A stretch of 64,000 nt of DNA, taken from positions 857 to 64,856 of the forward strand of contig JAJCZR010000065.1 in assembly GCA_029262295.1 (NCBI GenBank), in the 5' to 3' direction. This DNA comes from Deltaproteobacteria bacterium. GTDB lineage: Bacteria; Desulfobacterota_D; UBA1144; Nemesobacterales; Nemesobacteraceae. Positions 28,079 to 37,232 of this stretch are shown here, one piece after another; the stretch's first letter is position 1, and each line of letters starts with the position of its first letter. The notes beneath the pieces are model-generated. The model had not been told where the DNA came from. It saw nothing but the letters and a program-made list of their open reading frames with translations, and ran no database searches. The translations under genes and the position numbers were made by a program.

Positions 28079-28444
28079 TGTCATTCCAAACTTGATTTGG
28101 AATCCAGTATATTGGGAAAAAGCAATGAAGTCCTATTTTATATATATTATAGCAAGTAAAAAGAACGGGACTATCTATATAGGCGTTACTAATGATTTGA
28201 TAAAAAGAGTTTACCAACATAAGAATGACTTGGTAGAAGGATTCTCAAAGAAATATAAAACACACAACCTTGTTTATTATGAGGTATGTAGTGAGATAAA
28301 TTCTGCAATTAAAAGAGAAAAAACTATAAAAGCTTGGAAAAGAAAATGGAAAGTAGATTTAATTGAGAGTAAAAATAATGGTTGGAGAGATTTGTATAAA
28401 AACCTTATCTGAATCCTAGATTCCAAATCAAGTTTGGAATGACA
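28079..28444. mobile_element. putative REPtron-like unit: GIY-YIG gene bounded by 29-bp inverted hairpin repeats
   Basis: Left end TGTCATTCCAAACTTGATTTGGAATCCAG (28079-28107); right end CTAGATTCCAAATCAAGTTTGGAATGACA (28416-28444); 28/29 reverse-complement identity. Mobility is inferred. Confidence 0.6.
28125..28412 (+). CDS. small GIY-YIG nuclease family protein (95 aa)
   Basis: YFIYIIASKKNGTIYIGVTNDLIKRVYQHK, LVYYE, AIKREKTIKAWKRKWK. ATG 28125 preferred because the TTG at 28092 lies inside the repeat. Confidence 0.92.
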   Translation: MKSYFIYIIASKKNGTIYIGVTNDLIKRVYQHKNDLVEGFSKKYKTHNLVYYEVCSEINSAIKREKTIKAWKRKWKVDLIESKNNGWRDLYKNLI

Positions 28445-28488
28445 GGAAAAAATGAATTTTTAATTGTGATTTTAAGTGACTTTTTATT

Positions 28489-28539
28489 TGGATGCCTTAT
28501 TACTTCGACAAGCTCATCACAGGCAAGTACGGAATGACA
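28489..28539 (-). repeat. REP-like hairpin with a 23-bp element nested in its loop
   Basis: Minus strand: TGTC-ATTCCGTA-CTTG-[CCTGTGATGAGCTTGTCGAAGTA]-A-TAAGGCAT-CCA. Confidence 0.8.
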
Positions 28540-28544
28540 AACTT

Positions 28545-29501
28545 TCAATCCAAAGCAGATATCTCAAGCATCCTATCAATAGAAAGTTTGGCTTTATGTG
28601 CAATATTTTCAGGCACTTTTACTTCATAGATCTCTTCCTGAAGTGATCTTAAAACCTTTTCGATTGTTATCATTTTCATATACTCACAAACCGCATTTTC
28701 ACTTGCAGGATAGAATTTTTTAGTAGGATTATCTTTTCTGAGACTGTGAAGCATTCCCGTCTCAGTTGCAATAATAAACTCATCGGAATCTGATTCTTCT
28801 GCAAATTTTCTCATGCCACCTGTCGAAAGAAACTTTATGTCAGCAGTGGATTTTTCATCTTTAATGCTGTGATACAGAAATGAAGTAGTACAGCCACATT
28901 CAGGATGGACAACCATCTCAGCCTTGGGGCGTTCATCACGCATTTTCTGTATATCTTTTGGTCTGATACCAGCGTGAACATGACACTCACCCGGCCAAAG
29001 ATGCATCTTTCTTCCTGTTTTTTTTGCAACATAAGATCCAAGGAACATGTCGGGAAGAAAAAGAATCTCCTTATCTTCAGGTATTGCATTTACTACCTTT
29101 ATTGCATTTGAAGATGTAACGCAGTAATCAGTCTCAGACTTTACCTCTGCCGTTGTATTCACGTAAGAAACTACCACTGCTCCCGGATGTTCGTCTTTCC
29201 ATTCTTTTAGTTGTTTTAAATTTATTGTGTCTGCAAGAGAACAACCGGCATCTGTATCTGGAATTAACACTTTTTTATGGGGTGAAATAATTGAAGCGGT
29301 TTCGGCCATGAAATGCACGCCGCAAAATACAATTATATCTGCATCAGTTTCAGCCGCCTGTTGGGAAAGTCCAAGAGAATCGCCCGTATAATCAGCAATA
29401 TCCTGCACTTCTCCTATCTGGTAGTTATGTGCAAGAATCACAGCATTCTTCTCTTTTCTGAGACGATTTATTTCTTCATTTATGGCTTTTAGATTACTCA
29501 T
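28545..29501 (-). CDS. nadA: quinolinate synthase
   Basis: LAHNYQ, FCGVHFMAE, AGCSLA, HPEC, CEYMK. Confidence 0.96.
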   Translation of the reverse strand: MSNLKAINEEINRLRKEKNAVILAHNYQIGEVQDIADYTGDSLGLSQQAAETDADIIVFCGVHFMAETASIISPHKKVLIPDTDAGCSLADTINLKQLKEWKDEHPGAVVVSYVNTTAEVKSETDYCVTSSNAIKVVNAIPEDKEILFLPDMFLGSYVAKKTGRKMHLWPGECHVHAGIRPKDIQKMRDERPKAEMVVHPECGCTTSFLYHSIKDEKSTADIKFLSTGGMRKFAEESDSDEFIIATETGMLHSLRKDNPTKKFYPASENAVCEYMKMITIEKVLRSLQEEIYEVKVPENIAHKAKLSIDRMLEISALD

Positions 29502-29539
29502 TAGTTAACACCCACACCTAATATAAGGTTAGATGCTAA

Positions 29540-30385
29540 CTATAACATATCGATGCTTAGGTCTAAAGCATTTGCTGAGTGTGTGAGTGCACCAACAGAG
29601 ATAAAATCAACCCCCGTTTCAGCTACTTTTCTTACATTTTCAAGTGTTATTCCACCTGAAGCTTCAATCAATGCCTTGCCTGAAATTAGTTCAACAGCTT
29701 CACTCATTGTATCAGTATCCATATTATCAAGCATTATAATATCCACGCCAGATGAAAGAGCTTCTTCAACTTCTTTGAGGTTGGTAGTTTCAACTTCTAT
29801 TTTGAATTTATTGCCAAGTTTAGAACGAACTTTTTCTACAGAATTTTTAATACTTCCTGCTAATTTTATATGATTGTCCTTTATCATAACCCCGTCAAAT
29901 AGCCCAAATCTGTGATTGTATCCACCACCAACTGTCACAGCATACTTCTCAAGCACCCTTATTCCGGGCACTGTCTTTCTGGTATCAACTATTTTTGCTT
30001 TTAAGCCCGAAACTTCTTCAACATATTTAGATGTAAGTGTGGAAATTCCACTCATCCTTTGAAGAATGTTGAGTGCAACCCTTTCAGCTGTTAGCAGATG
30101 TCTTTGATTTCCTTTTATATTTGCAAGAATATCACCAACGCAAAGGCTGTGACCGTCACTCTTTTCTTCTTCCCACTCTATAGAACTATCAAATTTCTCA
30201 AATACAAGCCTGGCAACACTAATCCCTGAGAGAATCCCGGCTTCTTTTGCTTTAATTATTGCTTTACAGTCTATATCTTCAGAAAAAAGAGAATCAGTGG
30301 TTATATCTCCATCCTGTATATCTTCATGAAGTGCATTTTCAATTATTTTATCAACCTGATTCAGATCTAATTCATAAATTTTCAT
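29540..30385 (-). CDS. nadC: nicotinate-nucleotide pyrophosphorylase (carboxylating)
   Basis: DTRKT, NHRFGL, IKDNH, IEVE, MLDN, EASGG. Confidence 0.96.
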   Translation of the reverse strand: MKIYELDLNQVDKIIENALHEDIQDGDITTDSLFSEDIDCKAIIKAKEAGILSGISVARLVFEKFDSSIEWEEEKSDGHSLCVGDILANIKGNQRHLLTAERVALNILQRMSGISTLTSKYVEEVSGLKAKIVDTRKTVPGIRVLEKYAVTVGGGYNHRFGLFDGVMIKDNHIKLAGSIKNSVEKVRSKLGNKFKIEVETTNLKEVEEALSSGVDIIMLDNMDTDTMSEAVELISGKALIEASGGITLENVRKVAETGVDFISVGALTHSANALDLSIDML

Positions 30386-30388
30386 CAG

Positions 30389-31981
30389 TTAATTTACTTC
30401 AACCTCATATGGTTCAGAATCATTTTTAAAAACAAAATGATTTACAAAATTTTCATCTTCTTTTGGAAAATCATCTCTTTGGTGTGCTCCCCTCGATTCT
30501 TTTCGTTTAAGAGCAGCCTTTGTCATAAGTATGCAAACATCAAGCATAGTATTTAATTTGAAATTAAACCATCCTTTTGTCCTTGATGCGTCTTCTTTAA
30601 GTTCACCAAGCAGACATGAAAATTTCTCCAGGTCATCACCAATCCTTATTATTCCAAGAGTACTCGTGGTGCTTTCCATTATCTCTTTTTTAAGGATATT
30701 AAACAGCTCTTCATCCCCACTATTTGTTTCAGCCAGTGGATGGCCGGAAAACTCATTTATATAATCGTTTTCTTTAGAAATAAAATTATCTTTTGCACCA
30801 TCAATGGCCCTTTTGGCAAACACGATACATTCTAAAAGAGAATTGCTTGCAAGTCGGTTTGCACCATGAACTCCAGTGTTTGAAACTTCACCACATGCAT
30901 AAAACCCTTTTATATTTGTCTCACCCATAAGCCCTGTCTTTACTCCACCGATTGTATAATGCGCTGCAGGCGCAACCGGTATAAGATCAGAAGCAAGATC
31001 AAATCCATGCGTGAGGCAACGGTTATATATATTGGAAAACCTGTCTCTAATAAAATTTTTGTTTAGATGGCCAAGACTGAGATAAACATGGGTCCTACCC
31101 GAGTTTTTTGTCTCATTATAAATAGCTTTAGACACAACATCCCTGGGAGCAAGTTCTTCTTTTGGATGATAATCTTTCATAAACCTTTTACCGCTTATAT
31201 TTACAAGATGAGCTCCCTCACCTCTTACAGCCTCAGTTATAAGAAAAGTCTCACCTTCATGAGTATAAAAAGCTGTGGGATGAAACTGGACAAATTCCAT
31301 ATCAGAAATTTCTGCCCCGGCATTATAAGCTAAAGATATTCCTTCGCCAGTGGCCCCTTCCGGATTGGTTGTGCGGGTAAATATCGCTGAAGCACCACCT
31401 GTGGCAAGAATTGTGGTACTTGCATTTATTTTAAGATACTCATCAGTATCCTGTTTATATCCCCATGCTCCGAAACAGTTTTCACCATCTGAAATAATAT
31501 TAGTAATAGTTGTTAACTCCAGTATTTCTATTTGTGAATTCGTTTCAACGGAAGATATTAGAAACTCCACCATTTTCTTTCCTGTGGAATTTCCACCTGC
31601 GTGCAGCACCCTTCTTTTTGAATGCCCGCCTTCTAGTCCGAGCAAAAGTCCTTCCTCATTTGAATCAAACTTCATTCCCAGCGCGATCAAGTCAATCACC
31701 CTGTCTTTTCCTTCTTCCACAAGAATATTCACAGCTTCCACATTACAAAGCCCTCTTCCAGCAACGAGGGTATCTTCTTTATGGGAAATCGGCGAGTCTT
31801 CAGGATCAACAGCTGCTGCAATGCCTCCCTGGGCCCAATAAGAATTACTCTGTTGAAGTGTTTGCTTAGTCGCAACTATGCACTTTCCAAACTGAGATGC
31901 ATAAAAAGCAGCATAAAGCCCTGCAAGTCCGCTTCCAATAATCAGAAAATCGCATTTTAAATCTTTTATATTTTTTTTCAT
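30389..31981 (-). CDS. nadB: L-aspartate oxidase
   Basis: GSGLAG, AQGGIAA, QFHPT, HGANRLASNSL, ESRGAH. Confidence 0.95.
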   Translation of the reverse strand: MKKNIKDLKCDFLIIGSGLAGLYAAFYASQFGKCIVATKQTLQQSNSYWAQGGIAAAVDPEDSPISHKEDTLVAGRGLCNVEAVNILVEEGKDRVIDLIALGMKFDSNEEGLLLGLEGGHSKRRVLHAGGNSTGKKMVEFLISSVETNSQIEILELTTITNIISDGENCFGAWGYKQDTDEYLKINASTTILATGGASAIFTRTTNPEGATGEGISLAYNAGAEISDMEFVQFHPTAFYTHEGETFLITEAVRGEGAHLVNISGKRFMKDYHPKEELAPRDVVSKAIYNETKNSGRTHVYLSLGHLNKNFIRDRFSNIYNRCLTHGFDLASDLIPVAPAAHYTIGGVKTGLMGETNIKGFYACGEVSNTGVHGANRLASNSLLECIVFAKRAIDGAKDNFISKENDYINEFSGHPLAETNSGDEELFNILKKEIMESTTSTLGIIRIGDDLEKFSCLLGELKEDASRTKGWFNFKLNTMLDVCILMTKAALKRKESRGAHQRDDFPKEDENFVNHFVFKNDSEPYEVEVN

Positions 31982-32001
31982 ATAAATCCCGCAATATAAA
32001 T

Positions 32002-34650
32002 TTAATTGCTGTTAATTGCTTCAAGAAGAGATGATTTTATTTTCTCGATCTGTTTTTCGTTTTCAATTTTTTTACCTTTTTTATCACGTACATAAAAAGC
32101 ATCTACCACCTGATCCACTTTTGTCGAGACCTTTGCATAATCAATTGTGAGACCCAAATTTCTAAGTGTATTTGTAATATCAAAAAGTAAAGCCTCCCTG
32201 TCATGAGTATAGACATCAACCACAGTGGAGCTATCTGAAGATTTATTGTCAATTACTATTTTTGAAGGATATTTGGGCACTTTTTTTCTATAACTCATAT
32301 TTCCTGTGTTTCGTTTATCAAGAAGCTTTTCCACATCAATTTTATTATTTGTCACACTTTCTACATCCTCTCTAACTTTATCCCAGAGCTTGTTATTCTC
32401 CGAAGTAGATTTACCAAGTCGGTTGACATAAAAAATATCTAATATCCTGTCATCTGAGGTTGTTACTATCCTTGCACCCATTATATTGAGGCCATTTAAG
32501 CTCATTATTCCACACAACTTTGAGAAAATCCCTTCATTATTAAATCCCCAAAGTGTAAATTCGTCATAACCCTCTTTTTTATAGTTAATAATTTCAGAAC
32601 CTAGGCCCTTTCCAGATGAATTAATAAGCATGACATGCCTTGAAATATTTTTTGGTGAAAAACCTTCAAAATAAGATGCAGGCTTTTTCTTTAATATTTT
32701 TTTTACCTTTGTATCTTTTAGTTTGTCTCCAGTGATCTTTACAACTTCATTAACAATTCTTTCTCTTCGTTGTTCGACTGTCTCTTTTTTGTAATCCTCC
32801 ACTTCTATCATTCGCGCCGTTCGCAAATAAAGTTCTGTCAGGAGCATACCCTTCCAGTTTGTCCAAACCTCGGGGCCTACCGATCTTATATCGGCAAAAG
32901 TCAATAAATAAAGAAGTGATAGAGTTTCAAGGCTCTTAACGGATCTGGCGAACCTCTCAATCAAAGTTGGATCGTTCATATCCCTTCTTTGAGAAAAATG
33001 AGGCATTACGAGATGATGCCTAACCAGAAATTCGAGCTGCTCAGCATCAACTTTATTTAATCCCATCCTCTCAGCAATTTTGGGAATCATTGCAGCCCCT
33101 TTCTGTGAGTGGTTTTTGCCGCTTCCCTTCCCCATGTCATGAAATAAACATGCTAAAAAAAGCACATGCCTTTTGGTAAGTGATTCTGCAGTTTTAGTTA
33201 GTAGTTTGAATTCTTCGTGATACTCATAGTTAATAAGTTTTTCTATCTCTTTCACCATAAATATTGAATGAACATCAACTGTGTAAACATGATATGAATC
33301 ATACTGTACCATGCAGACAATCTTTCCAAATTCAGGAATGTAATGACTAAGAAGCCGAAGCTCGTTCATCTCAAAAAACATTTTAGAAACATTCTTTGCT
33401 TTTCTTAGAAGTGATAGGAATATTCTATTAAAACTTACGTCTTTTCTCACACTTTCATCTACAAGTGAGACACTATCCCTTATAAGCCATACAAGATAAC
33501 GGCTCATCTTCACTTCATGTTTATTAACATATTCAAAAGCCCTTAATAGATTGCAAGGATCCTCCCTAAATACGTTTTTACTGGTAACGGATAGAAACCC
33601 GCCCTGAATTATAAAACCGTGATCTAGGTGAATTGTCTTTCTTGAACTTCTGCCCCTTGCTTTTTGTGTGCACTTATCAATTATTTTTTGGGATTGCTGC
33701 TTTACCACACTTGCCCTTAGGTAGTAAACCCGCATAAACCTTTCAACAGCTTTAAGGTCTGCATCCTTGTAACCAAAAAATTTTGCTATTTTTTCCTGAA
33801 AAGAAAAAGTGAGGTTATCCTCCCTTCTTTCTGCAAGGTAATGAAGTTCAGCCCTTACAAGAAGAAGGAAATTTTCACACTTCTGCATTACTCGAAACTC
33901 TTTTTGAGATAAAAAACCTTTTTGAAGGATTTCATTCAGGTTTTTAACCTTATACTTCGACTGTGCAATCCAGATTGCACTTTGCAAGTCTCTTAACCCT
34001 CCCTCACTTTCTTTCACATTGGGTTCAAGAAGATAAACAGTCTTACCAAATCTACTGATCCTGTTTTCTTTTTCTTCCAGCTTTTTTTTTATATAGTTAG
34101 AAGAGTTTCTGGGAAGAAGTTCATTGTAAATCTCGTTTTCAAGGGAAGAATAAAGATTTAAATCGCCAAATATAAACCTGCTATCTAGAAGAGAAGTTAG
34201 GATTGTTGTGTCTTCATCATCGTAGGAAAGCTCAACACATTCTTCAATTGTTCTTACTGAATGACCCACATCGAGTTTTAAGTCCCAAAGAAAATACAAA
34301 ACTGATTCAGCTACATCTTTTGCAAGTGTCTTGCTTCTGTTTTTATAGAGAAAAAGAAGATCAACATCAGAGTGGGGTGAAAGCTCACATCTTCCGTAGC
34401 CTCCCAGTGCAACTACAGATACACCCATAAGATCACTGTAACCATTTATCTCTAAAGACCTTTCTATCACAGCATCAACCGTTTTTGTTCTTTCTCTTGC
34501 CAGATTATGTCCGGTTAAAGCTTTATTCTTTTTTGTTTTTCTTCTGTGTTTTTGCTTTATTTCATCAAAAGATTGTTTGAAGAATTTTTCAATATTTTTT
34601 TTGGTTTCTTTTGTTTTTGTGGCAGTAGAAATAATTGGCATAGAGTTCAC
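32002..34650 (-). CDS. glnD: [protein-PII] uridylyltransferase
   Basis: ALGGYGR..L.PHSDVD, EPNVKESEGGLRD, HVYTVDVH, FHDMGKG, C-terminal ACT domains. Confidence 0.95.
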   Translation of the reverse strand: MNSMPIISTATKTKETKKNIEKFFKQSFDEIKQKHRRKTKKNKALTGHNLARERTKTVDAVIERSLEINGYSDLMGVSVVALGGYGRCELSPHSDVDLLFLYKNRSKTLAKDVAESVLYFLWDLKLDVGHSVRTIEECVELSYDDEDTTILTSLLDSRFIFGDLNLYSSLENEIYNELLPRNSSNYIKKKLEEKENRISRFGKTVYLLEPNVKESEGGLRDLQSAIWIAQSKYKVKNLNEILQKGFLSQKEFRVMQKCENFLLLVRAELHYLAERREDNLTFSFQEKIAKFFGYKDADLKAVERFMRVYYLRASVVKQQSQKIIDKCTQKARGRSSRKTIHLDHGFIIQGGFLSVTSKNVFREDPCNLLRAFEYVNKHEVKMSRYLVWLIRDSVSLVDESVRKDVSFNRIFLSLLRKAKNVSKMFFEMNELRLLSHYIPEFGKIVCMVQYDSYHVYTVDVHSIFMVKEIEKLINYEYHEEFKLLTKTAESLTKRHVLFLACLFHDMGKGSGKNHSQKGAAMIPKIAERMGLNKVDAEQLEFLVRHHLVMPHFSQRRDMNDPTLIERFARSVKSLETLSLLYLLTFADIRSVGPEVWTNWKGMLLTELYLRTARMIEVEDYKKETVEQRRERIVNEVVKITGDKLKDTKVKKILKKKPASYFEGFSPKNISRHVMLINSSGKGLGSEIINYKKEGYDEFTLWGFNNEGIFSKLCGIMSLNGLNIMGARIVTTSDDRILDIFYVNRLGKSTSENNKLWDKVREDVESVTNNKIDVEKLLDKRNTGNMSYRKKVPKYPSKIVIDNKSSDSSTVVDVYTHDREALLFDITNTLRNLGLTIDYAKVSTKVDQVVDAFYVRDKKGKKIENEKQIEKIKSSLLEAINSN

Positions 34651-35292
34651 CTAAATTTTTACGCTCAAGGAAATACCATCTCTAAGGGGGATTATTGTAG
34701 ATAAAAAACCGGTCTTTGAAAAAAGAGACTCATTATATTTTTTTATCCCCTTTGTGCTAGGAAGTCCGTCATCATCCACAACTCTTCCAGACCAAAGAAC
34801 GTTATCTGATACTAAAAGACCACCCGGGTTTAATTTCTCATAAGCAATATCAATCACGCGAGGATAAAAATCTTTATCCACATCATTAAAGATTATATCA
34901 AATTTATCATTGGTATCTTTAAGAATATTGAGTGAATTACCAACTTTGAAATCAATTTTTTTACTCACACCTGCTTTTTCAAAATAGTCTTGTGCGAGTT
35001 TTGCTTTTGCTTCCGCAAAATCAGAACAGAGAATAGTAGCATTAACAGGAAGGGTAATGGCAAACCAAAGTGCGGAATAACCAAATCCAGATCCCAGTTC
35101 AAAAATTTTTGAAGGTTGCTTAATTAAAGATATTTGAGATAAAAGCCTTCCAACCAAAGGCCCAACAATTGGCACTTCTTTCTTAGCAGCATACTCTTCC
35201 ATCTCTTTGAATATCCCGCTACTTTCACCGTAAAGGTTTGATATATACTCATCAATTTTGGGATCAACAATGTCGGCATAAAACTTTTTCAT
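34651..35292 (-). CDS. O-methyltransferase (caffeoyl-CoA OMT-like)
   Basis: FELGSGFGYSA, FNDVDKDFY, DNVLWSG. Confidence 0.88.
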   Translation of the reverse strand: MKKFYADIVDPKIDEYISNLYGESSGIFKEMEEYAAKKEVPIVGPLVGRLLSQISLIKQPSKIFELGSGFGYSALWFAITLPVNATILCSDFAEAKAKLAQDYFEKAGVSKKIDFKVGNSLNILKDTNDKFDIIFNDVDKDFYPRVIDIAYEKLNPGGLLVSDNVLWSGRVVDDDGLPSTKGIKKYNESLFSKTGFLSTIIPLRDGISLSVKI

Positions 35293-35339
35293 CTTTTATT
35301 ACTTTATAAATACTAAGCTTAAATTTAGGCTATCTTCAT

Positions 35340-35744
35340 TTAACTTAATATTCCTATATTCATAATATCTATCCCAAGATTAGGTGCTTTTGAAAGTGGC
35401 CCGTCAGCAGTAATTAAGGTTGCATTATAAAACTTGGCTGCAGCAACATAGAAAGCATCATATGCACTAACATTTTCTCTGTGCCCCCATGCTTCTTTCA
35501 CAAGGATCTTATGTGGAATTCGCTCAATTTCCCAATCTACAAGATCATCCAACGCCATAAGTGCCCTATCGTGTTTTAATTTATTTAAAAGAACTGCCCT
35601 CCTTAAAACTGAGAGAACTTCCACTTCCATTAACTCAGGTGCCATGAGAAAAGATTTATTGATTATATCAGAAATTTTAAGACCGGACTTTGTTTGAAGT
35701 AAGTATTCTACTGCCACTGAAGCATCAATTACCAGCCTGTTCAC
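35340..35744 (-). CDS. VapC/PIN-domain toxin
   Basis: VIDASVAVE, APEL..VEV, SAYDAFYVA, TADG.L. Confidence 0.9.
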   Translation of the reverse strand: MNRLVIDASVAVEYLLQTKSGLKISDIINKSFLMAPELMEVEVLSVLRRAVLLNKLKHDRALMALDDLVDWEIERIPHKILVKEAWGHRENVSAYDAFYVAAAKFYNATLITADGPLSKAPNLGIDIMNIGILS

Positions 35745-35974
35745 TTGAAGTTATCCGTGCGTTCCTCCCGCGTTTGCTCAAGCAGGGATGCAGCTGAAAC
35801 TCCAAGGTTTGTTTCAGGTCGTTTGGAAAAGCGTTCCTGCCATTCGTTTCTTGATAATTCACGTTTCACTGCTTGCAAAATAAAATCACTAAGAGTACGG
35901 TTCTGTTTTTTTGCAATAAGCCGGATACGGTTATGTAGTTTTTCTGGAATGTTTTTAACCTGTAAATTAGCCAT
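35741..35974 (-). CDS. FitA-like ribbon-helix-helix antitoxin
   Basis: MANLQVKNIPEKLHNRIRLIAKKQNRTLSDF. True start is ATG 35974, not 36103; 4-bp overlap with the PIN gene. Confidence 0.87.
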   Translation of the reverse strand: MANLQVKNIPEKLHNRIRLIAKKQNRTLSDFILQAVKRELSRNEWQERFSKRPETNLGVSAASLLEQTREERTDNFK

Positions 35975-35980
35975 AAAATC

Positions 35981-36009
35981 ATGGTAGCATGCTAAAAGCA
36001 TGCTGTCAA
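35981..36009 (-). promoter_or_regulatory. leaderless sigma70 promoter with two AGCATGCT operator palindromes
   Basis: TTGACA (36009-36004), 17 bp, TACCAT (35986-35981); ATG 7 nt downstream. AGCATGCT at 35986-93 and 35997-36004. Confidence 0.75.
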
Positions 36010-36035
36010 TATTAAACACTATTAAAAAACATTGT

Positions 36036-36599
36036 TTATTTTCCAAAATCAACAGAAATTTCATCAAAACCACTTCTTTTATTATCAACTCTTGCCAGAA
36101 CAAAAAGAAGATCTGAAAGCCTGTTTAAATAAATTAAAACATTTTTGTTAATATCCTCGGATTTTGAGAGATGAGCAACCTTTCTTTCGGCCCTTCTACA
36201 AACCGTGCGTGCCAGATGAAGATAAGCACCACCTTCATTGCCAGCAGGGAGAATAAATTCTTTTAGATCACCCACTTCTGATAAAAACTTATCAATAAGT
36301 TCCTCAAGCGTGCCCGCCATTTTTGAAGTTACTCTTGGCACATTAAATTCCGAATCGTTTGGAGTGGCAAGGTCACCTCCCATTATAAAAAGGTCGTTCT
36401 GAATAAAACGTATAATATCATTTAACTCAAATTCGTTGGTTTTTGCCCTTGAAATTCCCAATACTGAGTTTAACTCGTCAACATCCCCATAAGAATCAAC
36501 CCTTTTTGAAGCCTTACTTACCCTTTTTCCACCCACAAGTGAGGTCTCACCATCATCACCTGTTTTGGTATACACTTTTGTTATTCTTTTTTTAGCCAT
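36036..36599 (-). CDS. PduO-type cob(I)alamin adenosyltransferase
   Basis: VYTKTGDDGET, YGDVDELNS, FILPAG, RTVCRRAER, YLNRLSDLLF. Confidence 0.93.
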   Translation of the reverse strand: MAKKRITKVYTKTGDDGETSLVGGKRVSKASKRVDSYGDVDELNSVLGISRAKTNEFELNDIIRFIQNDLFIMGGDLATPNDSEFNVPRVTSKMAGTLEELIDKFLSEVGDLKEFILPAGNEGGAYLHLARTVCRRAERKVAHLSKSEDINKNVLIYLNRLSDLLFVLARVDNKRSGFDEISVDFGK

Positions 36600-36743
36600 T
36601 TATAAAATTCTAACCGAAAAAAAAGCTGAAGAAAGACCGAAGGAGCAGGTTTAAAAAGCATTTATAAGTTCAATTCAACTTCCTTGAACATAGCTTTATA
36701 TATGTTACTTTTAATCTTTATTTTGCACTATGGAGATTCATAA

Positions 36744-37217
36744 ATGTATTTCTCAGCTGAGCTTAAAAACAGGATTGATACAATAGTAAGCGAACATGAA
36801 ACAAACCTCTCCGCTTTACTGCCAGTTTTACGGGAAGTGCAAAATAAACATGGCTGGCTTTCAAAAGAATCTATGGATGAGATATCCGAGATTCTCGATA
36901 TTCCCGCCTCAAATGTACAAAATGTTGCCACTTTTTATACAATGTATTTCACTGAACCAGTTGGAAAACACATTATCTGGCAATGCAGAACTCTTTCCTG
37001 CGCATTAAAGGGAGCGGAGCACGTGGAACATTATCTTTGCGAAAAGCTTGGTGTAAAAATTGGTGAGACAACTAGCGATGACAAAATAACACTTATGGAA
37101 GCAGAGTGCCTTGCTTCTTGTGGCACAGCACCCGCTATGCTTGTTGATAATACACTTCACGAAAATCTGACAAAGGCCAAAGTGGATAAAATAATTGAAG
37201 ATCTTAAAAATGAGTGA
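36744..37217 (+). CDS. nuoE: NADH-quinone oxidoreductase subunit E-like [2Fe-2S] protein (stand-alone)
   Basis: VATFYTMY, CRTLSC, ECLASC, HENLT. Confidence 0.88.
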   Translation: MYFSAELKNRIDTIVSEHETNLSALLPVLREVQNKHGWLSKESMDEISEILDIPASNVQNVATFYTMYFTEPVGKHIIWQCRTLSCALKGAEHVEHYLCEKLGVKIGETTSDDKITLMEAECLASCGTAPAMLVDNTLHENLTKAKVDKIIEDLKNE

Positions 37218-37232
37218 TCAAGTAAATATAAT

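Noticed and set aside
28092-28124. N-terminal extension of the GIY-YIG ORF
   Set aside because: The TTG start lies inside the left repeat; family-like sequence begins at ATG 28125.
22199-28539. Hairpin repeats as integron attC sites
   Set aside because: No RYYYAAC/GTTRRRY boxes, the repeats are too short, they occur in both orientations, and there is no intI in the window.
35975-36103. 43-aa N-terminal extension of the antitoxin
   Set aside because: It overlaps pduO and the promoter/operator; the RHH domain starts at 35974.
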